A DNA stretch of 33,422 nt. Source: Dongiaceae bacterium (GTDB lineage: Bacteria > Acidobacteriota > Polarisedimenticolia > Gp22-AA2). The notes under the pieces are model-generated. The model did not search any database. It had not been told where the DNA came from and was given only the letters and a program-made list of their open reading frames with translations. Positions 26,296 to 33,422 of the stretch are shown piece after piece (positions within the stretch are counted from its first letter, which is position 1; every line of letters begins with the position of its first letter). Position numbers and translations under genes: made by a program. Location of the stretch: positions 1 to 33,422 of the forward strand of contig DATKFL010000278.1 in assembly GCA_035511355.1 (NCBI GenBank), written 5' to 3'.

Positions 26296-27357
26296 GTGGA
26301 CGGGACCGCGGTCGTTCTGTGCGAGGGGCACTTCGGCGACACCGGCGGCAAGACGGCACACGGACTGGCGCGGCACACGGCGCGCTACAAGGTCCTGTCG
26401 GTCATCGATTCGACCCTCGCCGGACGCGACGCCGGGGAGCTTCTCGACGGCCGGGCGAGCGGCATTCCGATCGTCGCCGACCTCGGCGCGGCGGTCGCGC
26501 GGCACGGCCGTCCCGACTACCTCGTGGTGGGCGTCGCCACGCACGGCGGCGTCCTGCCGAAGGCCCTGCGCCCGGCGATCGCCGCGGCGCTCGGCACCGG
26601 CATCAACGTCGACTCGGGCCTGCACGAATTCCTCGGCGACGACTCCGAGTTCGCCCCGCTCGCGGCGAAGAGCGGCGCCCGCATCCGCGACGTGCGGCGC
26701 ACGCCGCCGCGATCGGCGATGCACGCCTTCACCGGGGGCATCCACGCGGTCGAGGCGCTCCGGGTCGCGGTCCTCGGCACCGACAGCGGCGTCGGCAAGC
26801 GCACCACCGCGGTGCGTCTCGTGCAGGCGCTGAACGCCGCCGGACGGCCGGCGGTGATGGTCGGCACCGGGCAGACCGGCTGGATGCAGGGAGCGCCCTA
26901 CTCGCTGATCCTCGACAGTCTCGTGAACGACTTCGTCTCGGGCGAGATCGAGCACCAGGTGTTGCGCGCCGCACGGGAAGCGCAGCCCGAGGTGATCGTG
27001 GTCGAGGGGCAGGGGTGTCTCACCCATCCGGCCTATCCGGGAGGGTTCGAAATCCTCGCCGGGGCGCGGCCGCAGTGCGTGGTCCTGCACCACGCCCCGG
27101 CGCGCCGGCACTACGACGGCTGGCCCGCCTTCCCCCTGGCGGGGCCGGAGCGCGAGCGCCAGGTGATCGAGCTCCTGGGTCCGTTCAGGGTGGCGGCGCT
27201 GACCATCAATCCCCTCGGCCTCGGGCTCGACGAGGCGCGTGACGCCGCGTCGAGCCTCGAGGCGTCGATGGGTCTGCCCTGCCGCGATCCGCTGCGCGAC
27301 GACCTCGGGCCGATCCTCGCCGCGCTCAAGGTTCCCGCGCGCGGCACGGCGCGATGA
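26296..27357 (+). CDS. DUF1611-family P-loop protein (possible D-glutamate N-acetyltransferase DgcN-like)
   Basis: GTDSGVGKRTT P-loop-like motif and DUF1611-like layout. GTG start with GGGAGG SD 5 nt upstream. The stop overlaps the downstream ATG (ATGA at 27354..27357). Confidence 0.7.
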   Translation: MDGTAVVLCEGHFGDTGGKTAHGLARHTARYKVLSVIDSTLAGRDAGELLDGRASGIPIVADLGAAVARHGRPDYLVVGVATHGGVLPKALRPAIAAALGTGINVDSGLHEFLGDDSEFAPLAAKSGARIRDVRRTPPRSAMHAFTGGIHAVEALRVAVLGTDSGVGKRTTAVRLVQALNAAGRPAVMVGTGQTGWMQGAPYSLILDSLVNDFVSGEIEHQVLRAAREAQPEVIVVEGQGCLTHPAYPGGFEILAGARPQCVVLHHAPARRHYDGWPAFPLAGPERERQVIELLGPFRVAALTINPLGLGLDEARDAASSLEASMGLPCRDPLRDDLGPILAALKVPARGTAR

Positions 27358-28430
27358 ACCGGATCGTCGCGTCGCGGGCGATCGAGAAGACCTTCCGGCT
27401 GCGCGAGGGATACCGCATCGCCGGGCACACCTTCACCAGCGCCACGATGGTCCTGCTCCGGCTCGAGACCGCCGACGGGCTGGCGGGGTTCGGCTGCGCG
27501 GCGCCGTTCGAGGAGGTGACCGGCGAGTCCCCCGCCGCGTCGCTCGCGGCGCTCCGCGACCGTCTCCTGCCGCTGGCGGCCGAGGCGGCCTCGACCGAGC
27601 CCTGCGCCCCGCTTCTCGATCGTGCCGCGGCGGTCGCGCCCGGCGCGCCCGCGGCCCTCGCCGCCTTCGACATGGCGCTGCACGACCTCGCGGCGCGGCG
27701 CGCCGGCGTGCCGCTCCACAGGATGCTCGGCGCCGCGCGCACCCGCATCGCCACCAGCGTCACGCTCGGCATCGAGGCGGATGTCGAGGCGGCGGTGGCC
27801 CGCGCGGTGCGCTGGGTCGCCGACGGGTATTTCATCCTCAAGCTGAAGGTGGGAGAGGACCGCGAAGCCGACGTGACGCTCGTGCGGCGCCTGCGCGAAC
27901 GCCTCGGCCCGGCCGTCCGGCTGCGCGCCGACGCCAACCAGGGGTACGACGAGGCCGAGGCCGTCCGCTTCCTGCGCGAGGTCGCGTCCTGCGATCTCGA
28001 GCTCCTGGAACAGCCGGTCGAGGCCGGCGACGACGCCCGGCTCCGGCGCGTGGCCGACGCGACGCCGATCCCGATCATGGCCGACGAATCGCTGCTGGGC
28101 GAAGCGGACGCGGCGCGGCTCGCGGGCGCGCGCGTCGTCGACCTGTTCAACGTCAAGCTGATGAAGTGCGGCGGGATCCGCCCCGGACTCGCGATGGCGC
28201 GGTACGCGCAGGCGGCCGGCATCGGCGTGATGGTCGGCTGCAACGACGAGTCGCGCATTTCGATCGCGGCCGGGCTGCACCTGGCGCTGTCGGCGCCGGC
28301 GATCGATCGCGTCGACCTCGACGGGCACCTCGATCTTCAGGACGACGTGGCGCGTGGCGGCTTCCGGGTCGACGCGGGCTGGCTCGCGCCGCTCGAGGAG
28401 CCGGGGCTCGGGGTCTCCGCCGACTTCTGA
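27354..28430 (+). CDS. Enolase-superfamily (MLE subgroup) dipeptide epimerase / N-acylamino-acid racemase-like enzyme
   Basis: KxK motif FILKLKVG; metal ligands in RADANQGY, LEQPV and MADESL; second catalytic Lys in FNVKLMKCGGI. Confidence 0.8.
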   Translation: MNRIVASRAIEKTFRLREGYRIAGHTFTSATMVLLRLETADGLAGFGCAAPFEEVTGESPAASLAALRDRLLPLAAEAASTEPCAPLLDRAAAVAPGAPAALAAFDMALHDLAARRAGVPLHRMLGAARTRIATSVTLGIEADVEAAVARAVRWVADGYFILKLKVGEDREADVTLVRRLRERLGPAVRLRADANQGYDEAEAVRFLREVASCDLELLEQPVEAGDDARLRRVADATPIPIMADESLLGEADAARLAGARVVDLFNVKLMKCGGIRPGLAMARYAQAAGIGVMVGCNDESRISIAAGLHLALSAPAIDRVDLDGHLDLQDDVARGGFRVDAGWLAPLEEPGLGVSADF

Positions 28431-29812
28431 GCCCGGCGCGGCCGCCCGCGCGTTCCCCTGAGTCGCAGACCGTAGCGCTGGATCTTGCGCTGCAACGTCC
28501 GGAGGCCGATGCCGAGCGACTTCGCCGCGTAGGTCCGGTTGCCGGCGTGCCGCAGGAGCGTGCGGCGGATGAGATCGCGCTCGAAGTCGTCGAGCGTCGC
28601 GCCGACCGGGGCCGCGTCGGCCTCCTCGGCGACTCCGCCGCGCAGCGCCTCCGGCAGGTCGGCCGCCTCGACCCAGGGGCCTGGCCGGGTGATCGCCGTG
28701 CTCTCGAGGACGTTCTTCAGCTCGCGCACGTTGCCGGGCCAGGAGTAGGACAGGATCGCGGTCACCGCGCTCTCGGCGAGACGGCGCGCCGGCAGGCCGT
28801 TGTCGCGGCAGATCTGATCGAGGAGCGACTGCGCCAGATCCGGGAGATCCTCGCGTCGTCGTCGGAGCGGCGGCACCCGGATGGTGATCACGTTGAAGCG
28901 GAAGTAGAGATCTTCGCGGAACCGGCCGGCCGCGATCAGCGCCTTGAGGTCGCGGTTGGTCGCGGCCAGCACGCGCACGTCGACCCGCACCGGGCGGGTC
29001 CCGCCGACCCGCATGAACTCGCGCTCCTCGAGGACGCGCAGGAGCTTCACCTGCGCCGCGGCGTCCATCTCGCCGATCTCGTCGAGCAGGATGGTCCCGC
29101 CGTGCGCCAGCTCGAACTTGCCGCGCTGGCGATCGACCGCCCCCGTGAACGCCCCCTTCTCGTGGCCGAACAGCTCGCTCTCGATGAGCATCGCCGGGAT
29201 CGCCGAGCAGTTGATGGCGATGAACGGCGCTCCCCGCCTGGCGGAGTTGTAGTGGATGGCCTTGGCGACCAGTTCCTTGCCGACGCCGCTCTCACCGATG
29301 ATCAGGACGGTGCTGCGCGCCGACGCGACCTGGAGCACCTGCTCGCGGACCTTCTGCATGCCGGGCGAGCGGCTCACGAGCGTCCCGGGGAGGTAGCGAC
29401 GCACCGTCTCCTGATGCAGGTCGCGAGCCCGGAGTTCGGCCTCGTGCCAGAGCAGGAGGCGTTCGACGCGCGCCGCCATCTCGGCGCGGGTGAGCGGCTT
29501 GATCAGGTAGTCGGAAGCGCCGCGCTGCAGCGCCGCGATCGCTTCGCGCACCTCCTCGGGGCGCGCCAGGATCAGAATCGAAGGCACGCGCGCGCCGGCC
29601 GCGAGCCGCGCCAGGAGATCGCCGCCGTCGGAGGAGCGCGCTCCGACGCCGATCATCGCCATGTCGAATTCGTCGCGCCGCGCCATGAGAAGCGCCGCAT
29701 CGGGATCGCTCGCGACACTCACCCTCAGACCGAGGGCCCGGAGCGCCGCCGCCTCGGCTTCGGCCTCGTCGGCCCGATCGACCAGCAGGATCTGCTTCCC
29801 TTCGAGCGACAT
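28337..29812 (-). CDS. Sigma-54-dependent transcriptional activator (NtrC family) whose receiver domain lacks the phospho-acceptor Asp
   Basis: Walker A GESGVGKE, ESELFGHEKGAFTGA (GAFTGA), an R-finger region and a C-terminal Fis-type HTH (AAKSLGIGLRTLQRKIQRYGL). In the receiver, EFDMAMIGVGARSSDG aligns with NtrC PDVLLSDIRMPGMDG, putting Gly at the Asp54 position. ATG 29812 is preferred; the track start 29863 is a GTG inside a palindrome. Confidence 0.85.
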   Translation of the reverse strand: MSLEGKQILLVDRADEAEAEAAALRALGLRVSVASDPDAALLMARRDEFDMAMIGVGARSSDGGDLLARLAAGARVPSILILARPEEVREAIAALQRGASDYLIKPLTRAEMAARVERLLLWHEAELRARDLHQETVRRYLPGTLVSRSPGMQKVREQVLQVASARSTVLIIGESGVGKELVAKAIHYNSARRGAPFIAINCSAIPAMLIESELFGHEKGAFTGAVDRQRGKFELAHGGTILLDEIGEMDAAAQVKLLRVLEEREFMRVGGTRPVRVDVRVLAATNRDLKALIAAGRFREDLYFRFNVITIRVPPLRRRREDLPDLAQSLLDQICRDNGLPARRLAESAVTAILSYSWPGNVRELKNVLESTAITRPGPWVEAADLPEALRGGVAEEADAAPVGATLDDFERDLIRRTLLRHAGNRTYAAKSLGIGLRTLQRKIQRYGLRLRGTRGRPRRAQKSAETPSPGSSSGASQPASTRKPPRATSS

Positions 29813-29848
29813 GCGCCACGTCTCCCCGGAGCGACCGAGACCAAAATG

Positions 29849-29863
29849 GTGCCATAGTGGCAC
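29849..29863. promoter_or_regulatory. 15-bp inverted repeat GTGCCA-TAG-TGGCAC; candidate activator binding site (UAS/operator)
   Basis: Perfect 6-N3-6 palindrome, 37-51 nt upstream of the activator's ATG and about 170 bp upstream of the divergent sigma-54 promoter. Its layout resembles NtrC-type sites (TGCACCA-N3-TGGTGCA). Confidence 0.4.
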
Positions 29864-30025
29864 GATAAAGTCACGGACTAAATCGCGTCATTCTGGCTGA
29901 TTCAGGCTTGCGGCACGCCCGCGGGTCGGGCGCGAGCCGTCGCCCCGATGGGGAGATCCCGGCAATGGGCCGCTGCTCAGGTAGTTCCGGCGGGTGGCCC
30001 GCCCGCACCGCCGCGCCGGGGCGAC

Positions 30026-30041
30026 TGGCAGCGAACTTGCT
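30026..30041 (+). promoter_or_regulatory. Sigma-54 (-24/-12) promoter
   Basis: TGGCAGCGAACTTGCT against the consensus TGGCAC-N5-TTGCW. GG (30027-28) and GC (30039-40) have the exact consensus spacing, with a single mismatch (C to G after TGGCA). Predicted TSS at about 30052, followed by SD GGGAGGG (30059..30065) and ATG 30071. Confidence 0.65.
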
Positions 30042-30070
30042 GCGCATGGCCTCAAACCGGGAGGGTTGGG

Positions 30071-30274
30071 ATGAAGACCAAGACGAAAGCGCGCGTCGCT
30101 CGGAAACCCAGGAAGAATCCCTACGGCATGATCGATTTCAGCTTCGGCGACATCCAGTACCAGATCGACCCGTCGCGGCGGAAGGTGTACCACCGCTGGG
30201 TGGAGGTCGAGACCTCCAAGACGGCGCTCATCATGGGCGCCTTCAGCAGCGTGGCCGCGGCAGTCGCCAAGTAA
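30071..30274 (+). CDS. Unrecognised 67-aa protein (basic N-terminus, small hydrophobic C-terminal tail), sigma-54-dependent by position
   Basis: Strong SD 5 nt upstream. Third codon positions are overwhelmingly G/C, as in neighbouring genes. TAA stop with a terminator downstream. Sequence: MKTKTKARVARKPRKNPYGMIDFSFGDIQYQIDPSRRKVYHRWVEVETSKTALIMGAFSSVAAAVAK. No family recognised. Confidence 0.55.
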   Translation: MKTKTKARVARKPRKNPYGMIDFSFGDIQYQIDPSRRKVYHRWVEVETSKTALIMGAFSSVAAAVAK

Positions 30275-30354
30275 GTTCGGAGAGGCCCTTCAAGCACCAG
30301 CCCGCGAGGGCTGAGTTCGTTCCAAAGACTTCGCACGGCATCACACCACGAGCC

Positions 30355-30397
30355 AGAGCCGCTTCTGTTCCCATGAAGCGGCTCTCCGTGTTTTTGG
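30355..30397 (+). terminator. Rho-independent-like terminator shared by the small ORF and the convergent EAL gene
   Basis: 11-bp perfect stem AGAGCCGCTTC (30355..30365) pairing with GAAGCGGCTCT (30375..30385), 9-nt loop, then CCGTG and TTTTT (30391..30395). An A-run on the opposite strand precedes the stem, so it could act bidirectionally. Confidence 0.55.
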
Positions 30398-30409
30398 GGT
30401 CCGTTCGGA

Positions 30410-31765
30410 TCAGCCGATGACCAGCAGGTTCGGCGTCGGGAAGGCCTCGCCGGGACGCGCGAAGAGGTACCCCTGCGCGTAGCGCACGCCAATCTTCTGC
30501 AGGCAGCGCAGCTCGTCCTCGGTCTCGACCCCTTCCGCGATGAGGGTCGTGCCGCTCGACGACGAGAAACGGGTGATGGTGGCGGTGAGGTCCTGCTTGA
30601 TCAGGTGCAGGTGGATATCGCGGATCAGGGCCATGTCGATCTTGATGTAGTCGGGCCGCAGTTCGGCGATCGACTTGAGCCCCGAGTATCCCGACCCGAC
30701 GTCGTCGACCGCCAGTCGAAACCCGTTGAACCGGAAGTAGTCGAGCATCTGCCGGAACGCCTCGTGATCGTGCACCGCGGCGTGCTCGGTGATCTCGAGG
30801 ACCACCTGGGTCGGCTTGAGGTCGGCCTCCTTGAGCAGATCGAGAATCGCCTCGGAGCGCAGCACCGGGTCGTAGATCGAGTCGGGCTCGATGTTGAGGA
30901 ACAGGAGCTGGTCGGATGCCAGGCCGCGCACGCCGCGGATGGCGCGATCGCGGCAGAGCCGCTCCAGCCGCCAGATCGAGTCGTTGTCGTACGCCGCCTT
31001 GAACAGGGCGTCCGGCCCGGGGAAGGCGTCGGTCGTCAGGCGCGTCAGCGCCTCGAAGCCGATGCCGCGCTTCTCCACGAGGTCGATCACCGGCTGGTAG
31101 ACGGAACGGATCGCGCCGGTCTTGAGGACCTCCTTGAGGAGCATCGCCACCTTGCGCTGCTCGCGGGTGCGCTCGCGGATCGAGTCGGCAAACGCCTCCT
31201 CGAGCGCGGCATAGACGCGCCGCTCGAAGCGCACCGCCGGGTCCTGCGCCAGGATGGCGCAGCCGATGTAGACGCCGAAGCGCTCCTGCACGCTCGCCGG
31301 CAGCCGGTCGCGCACGAACCGCCCGAGACGCGAGGCCACCCGGCGACGGACCTTGTCGATGTCGGGATACGAGACCTCGCTCTTGCCGCGCGGGGGCGCC
31401 AGGAGCACGACGAAGGCGTTGCCGCTGATCATCACCTCGGCCACGTCGTCCTCGCGCCGCAGCGCCTCCTGCTTCACCTGCACCAGGAACGAGGCGATGT
31501 CGCGCACCAGCGACTCGTACCCCTGGCGGCCGAGGGTCTGCTCCATCCGCTCGTTCTGCAGGATGCTGATCGACAGGAGACCGAGCTCGTGCGCCTCGCG
31601 CAGCATGTTGCGGATGCGCCCGAGCAGGAGCGGCACGGTCGGCAGGTCGGCGACCCGATCGTAGAGGAATTCCGCCACCTCGTTGCCGGTATCGGGGTGG
31701 AACTCCCCCCGGGCGTGCAGCTCTTCGAGGAACTTGCGACGGCGGGTGCGGGCGCTCAGCGGCAT
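30410..31765 (-). CDS. c-di-GMP phosphodiesterase: degenerate GGDEF domain (SGNAF) plus an intact EAL domain
   Basis: EAL-domain catalytic motifs are present (FEALTR, NIEP, LEITE, DDVGSGYS, IKID, AEGVETE, QGYLF). The N-terminal domain has a GGDEF-like fold with SGNAF in place of GG[D/E]EF. Starts 5 nt after the upstream GGDEF gene. Confidence 0.85.
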   Translation of the reverse strand: MPLSARTRRRKFLEELHARGEFHPDTGNEVAEFLYDRVADLPTVPLLLGRIRNMLREAHELGLLSISILQNERMEQTLGRQGYESLVRDIASFLVQVKQEALRREDDVAEVMISGNAFVVLLAPPRGKSEVSYPDIDKVRRRVASRLGRFVRDRLPASVQERFGVYIGCAILAQDPAVRFERRVYAALEEAFADSIRERTREQRKVAMLLKEVLKTGAIRSVYQPVIDLVEKRGIGFEALTRLTTDAFPGPDALFKAAYDNDSIWRLERLCRDRAIRGVRGLASDQLLFLNIEPDSIYDPVLRSEAILDLLKEADLKPTQVVLEITEHAAVHDHEAFRQMLDYFRFNGFRLAVDDVGSGYSGLKSIAELRPDYIKIDMALIRDIHLHLIKQDLTATITRFSSSSGTTLIAEGVETEDELRCLQKIGVRYAQGYLFARPGEAFPTPNLLVIG

Positions 31766-31770
31766 CGCGA

Positions 31771-33069
31771 TCAGCCGTTCTGCACGTTGTACACGGGGTC
31801 CTCGGTCTCGTCGGAGAAGTACTTCGGCTCGCTCGCGAACACCTTGTCGCGGCCGGCGCGCTTGGCGCGGTAGAGCGCGGCATCGGCGGCGGCGATGAGG
31901 TCGGCGCCCGCCAGACCGTCATCCGGATAGGTGGCGACGCCGCCGCTCAGCGAGACCCTGCGAAGCGGCTGGGCTTCGCGGTTCGGGAAGGGATGATTCG
32001 CGACCAGGGCCCGGATCCGCTCGGCCTGCTCCATCGCGCCCTCCTTGGGCGCATGCCCCAGGAGGACGATGAACTCCTCGCCACCGTAGCGCGCCGCGAA
32101 ATCGTCCGGTCGCAGCGCGCTCCGGACCAGCTCCCCGGTGGTGCGCAGCACCTCGTCGCCTGCCTGGTGCCCCTGGGTGTCGTTGTAGTGCTTGAAGTTG
32201 TCCAGGTCGAAGATGAACACCGAGAACGGATGGTGCCCCTTGCTCGCCTCGAGGATGACGCTCGACAGCCTCTCGAGGAAGAAGCGCTTGTTGAACAGCT
32301 TCGTCAACCCGTCGCAGTTCGCCATCTCCTGCGTCTTGGTGAACAGGTCGTGGTTGTAGAGGGCGATGCTCCCCTGGTCGGCGATCAGGCCGAGGATCGC
32401 CTTCTCGTGCTTGTAGTGCCGGGTGATGCCGCCGACGCTGATGATGCCGCGCACCTTGTCCTCGTGCATCATCGGCGCGCACAGCTCGATGCGGAACGGG
32501 AAGTGCGACGGCATCTCGAAGTTCGCTCCCGCGAGGCGCTTTTCGCGGATGAAGTCGTCGGTGTCCATCGCCATGCCGGTCTGCGCCGCCCAGCCGATGC
32601 GACCCTCGCCCGGACCGACGAGAAAGGACTTCGGGAAGTCGGGCGGCAACCCCAGCTGCTGGACCAGCGCGAACTTCCCGAGCCGCTCCTCGAGCAGGAA
32701 GATGAGGATCTGCGAAGGCGCGAACATCTGCTCGACGACCCGGATGACGTGCATCGGAATCTCGCGCCGCGCGATCCGGCTGCTCATCTTCTTGGTGTAC
32801 TCGGGAAGCAGCTGGAACAGGTTGGCCAGCGCCTGGTTGTCGCTCTCGAGGCGGCTGATCGTCTTCTGCAGGTCGCGCACCTGGCTGGAGGTGGCGTCGG
32901 GGCGGGCCGGGGCGATGCGACGCCCCGAGGAACGGAGGCGCGCGATGCAGAAACCGACGATCAGCGCGACGATGGCCGCCGCGGCCGCGGGGGCCCATGC
33001 CGGCAGGTCGCTCCATGTGAAGTAGGTGTCGCCCACCACGCCTCGCGCCTCCCCGTCCGACAGCCTCAT
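31771..33069 (-). CDS. Membrane-anchored GAF-GGDEF diguanylate cyclase
   Basis: One TM helix (WAPAAAAAIVALIVGFCIA), a coiled-coil, a GAF-like region, an intact GGEEF and the I-site RPDD five residues upstream. ATG 33069 is preferred over the longer track ORF start at 33231. Confidence 0.85.
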   Translation of the reverse strand: MRLSDGEARGVVGDTYFTWSDLPAWAPAAAAAIVALIVGFCIARLRSSGRRIAPARPDATSSQVRDLQKTISRLESDNQALANLFQLLPEYTKKMSSRIARREIPMHVIRVVEQMFAPSQILIFLLEERLGKFALVQQLGLPPDFPKSFLVGPGEGRIGWAAQTGMAMDTDDFIREKRLAGANFEMPSHFPFRIELCAPMMHEDKVRGIISVGGITRHYKHEKAILGLIADQGSIALYNHDLFTKTQEMANCDGLTKLFNKRFFLERLSSVILEASKGHHPFSVFIFDLDNFKHYNDTQGHQAGDEVLRTTGELVRSALRPDDFAARYGGEEFIVLLGHAPKEGAMEQAERIRALVANHPFPNREAQPLRRVSLSGGVATYPDDGLAGADLIAAADAALYRAKRAGRDKVFASEPKYFSDETEDPVYNVQNG

Positions 33070-33090
33070 CGACTGCCGGTGCAAACCGGG

Positions 33091-33104
33091 ACTTGCCTGC
33101 AAGT
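33091..33104. promoter_or_regulatory. Perfect 14-bp palindrome ACTTGC-CT-GCAAGT in the leader/promoter of the GGDEF gene
   Basis: Seen directly. It overlaps a candidate minus-strand promoter, TTGCGC (33130..33125), 18 nt, TAACTT (33106..33101). Possible operator or leader hairpin. Confidence 0.25.
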
Positions 33105-33166
33105 TATGGTTCGGGCGGCCGTGGCGCAACCCGGGCTGGCGGCCGGTCGCTGGAGCGGCTGTTTCT

Positions 33167-33194
33167 TGACAGGCGGGCGGGGCCCCCCTAGAGT
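33167..33194 (+). promoter_or_regulatory. Candidate sigma-70 promoter of the PilZ gene
   Basis: Perfect TTGACA (33167..33172), 16 nt, TAGAGT (33189..33194). GGAG at 33201..33204 and ATG at 33213. Confidence 0.45.
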
Positions 33195-33212
33195 GCGGCC
33201 GGAGCCTGATCG

Positions 33213-33422
33213 ATGAAAGAACGCACAGCATCGCGCGGTGGTCCCCGCATCCCGGTGGCGGTCAAGGGCACCCTGCGCGTGGGGGAGGGCCCCGATCCGC
33301 GCGTGCTGCCGTTGGTCACCCGCGATCTCGGGGCGGGTGGCGCGCAGGTCAGCCTCGCCGAACCGATCCCGGTCGGAACGCGCGCCCTCCTGCGCCTGTC
33401 GATCCCGGCCGAGAAGGGTCAG
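33213..33422 (+). CDS. PilZ-domain protein (c-di-GMP receptor candidate); 3' end cut by the window edge
   Basis: RGGPR (RxxxR) followed about 25 residues later by DLGAGG, a variant of D/NxSxxG with Gly in place of Ser. The frame is open to the window end. Confidence 0.6.
   Translation, partial: MKERTASRGGPRIPVAVKGTLRVGEGPDPRVLPLVTRDLGAGGAQVSLAEPIPVGTRALLRLSIPAEKGQ

Noticed and set aside
29849-29873. TGGCAC hexamers of the palindrome read as sigma-54 -24 elements, on either strand
   Set aside because: On the plus strand, TGGCAC-gataa-AGTCA has no GC at -12. On the minus strand, TGGCAC-CATTT-TGGT has GG instead of GC and is one nt off in spacing. The palindrome is better explained as an activator binding site. 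Weak sigma-54 autoregulation of the activator cannot be fully excluded.
29948-30070. Longer 108-aa form of the small ORF starting at ATG 29948
   Set aside because: The upstream extension is Arg/Pro/Ala-rich and has no SD. It would contain the sigma-54 promoter and the predicted TSS. ATG 30071 has a strong GGGAGGG SD.

Overview
Very GC-rich (roughly 70% by eye), gene-dense chromosomal segment from a diderm bacterium (it has LptD and sigma-54-dependent regulation). I call 33 protein-coding genes. I found no rRNA, tRNA, tmRNA, CRISPR array, transposase or integrase. Many neighbouring genes overlap by 1 or 4 nt (TGATG, ATGA or GTGA junctions), so most of the window is organised in translationally coupled operons.

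Left to right:
- a heat-shock operon, clpB-hsp20-htpX-grpE;
- arginase and 3-hydroxybutyryl-CoA dehydrogenase, transcribed divergently;
- a six-gene minus-strand operon: Memo-like, lptD, rmlD-like, SDR epimerase, fused phytol-kinase/phytyl-phosphate-kinase-like protein, homogentisate-prenyltransferase-like UbiA enzyme;
- a C-N hydrolase coupled to a B12-binding radical SAM/TPR protein;
- lemA with a zinc-ribbon M48 protease;
- efp (atypical loop) with a FAH-family gene;
- nadE-rsmI, a PSP1/RicT gene, and smpB;
- an unknown gene followed by thiS-thiG, with no TPP riboswitch;
- a DUF2911 protein;
- DUF1611 with an enolase-superfamily racemase/epimerase;
- a regulatory island: a sigma-54 activator whose receiver domain lacks the phospho-acceptor Asp, a 15-bp palindrome, a near-consensus -24/-12 promoter driving an unrecognisable 67-aa protein, and next to these GAF-GGDEF, degenerate-GGDEF/EAL and PilZ genes.

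The two most interesting candidates are the sigma-54 / small-protein / c-di-GMP island (about 28.3-33.4 kb) and the prenol-salvage / prenyltransferase genes embedded in the lptD operon (about 6.1-13.9 kb). The many long ORFs on opposite strands or in other frames are GC-driven shadow ORFs. All family assignments come from motif recognition by eye; no database search was run.
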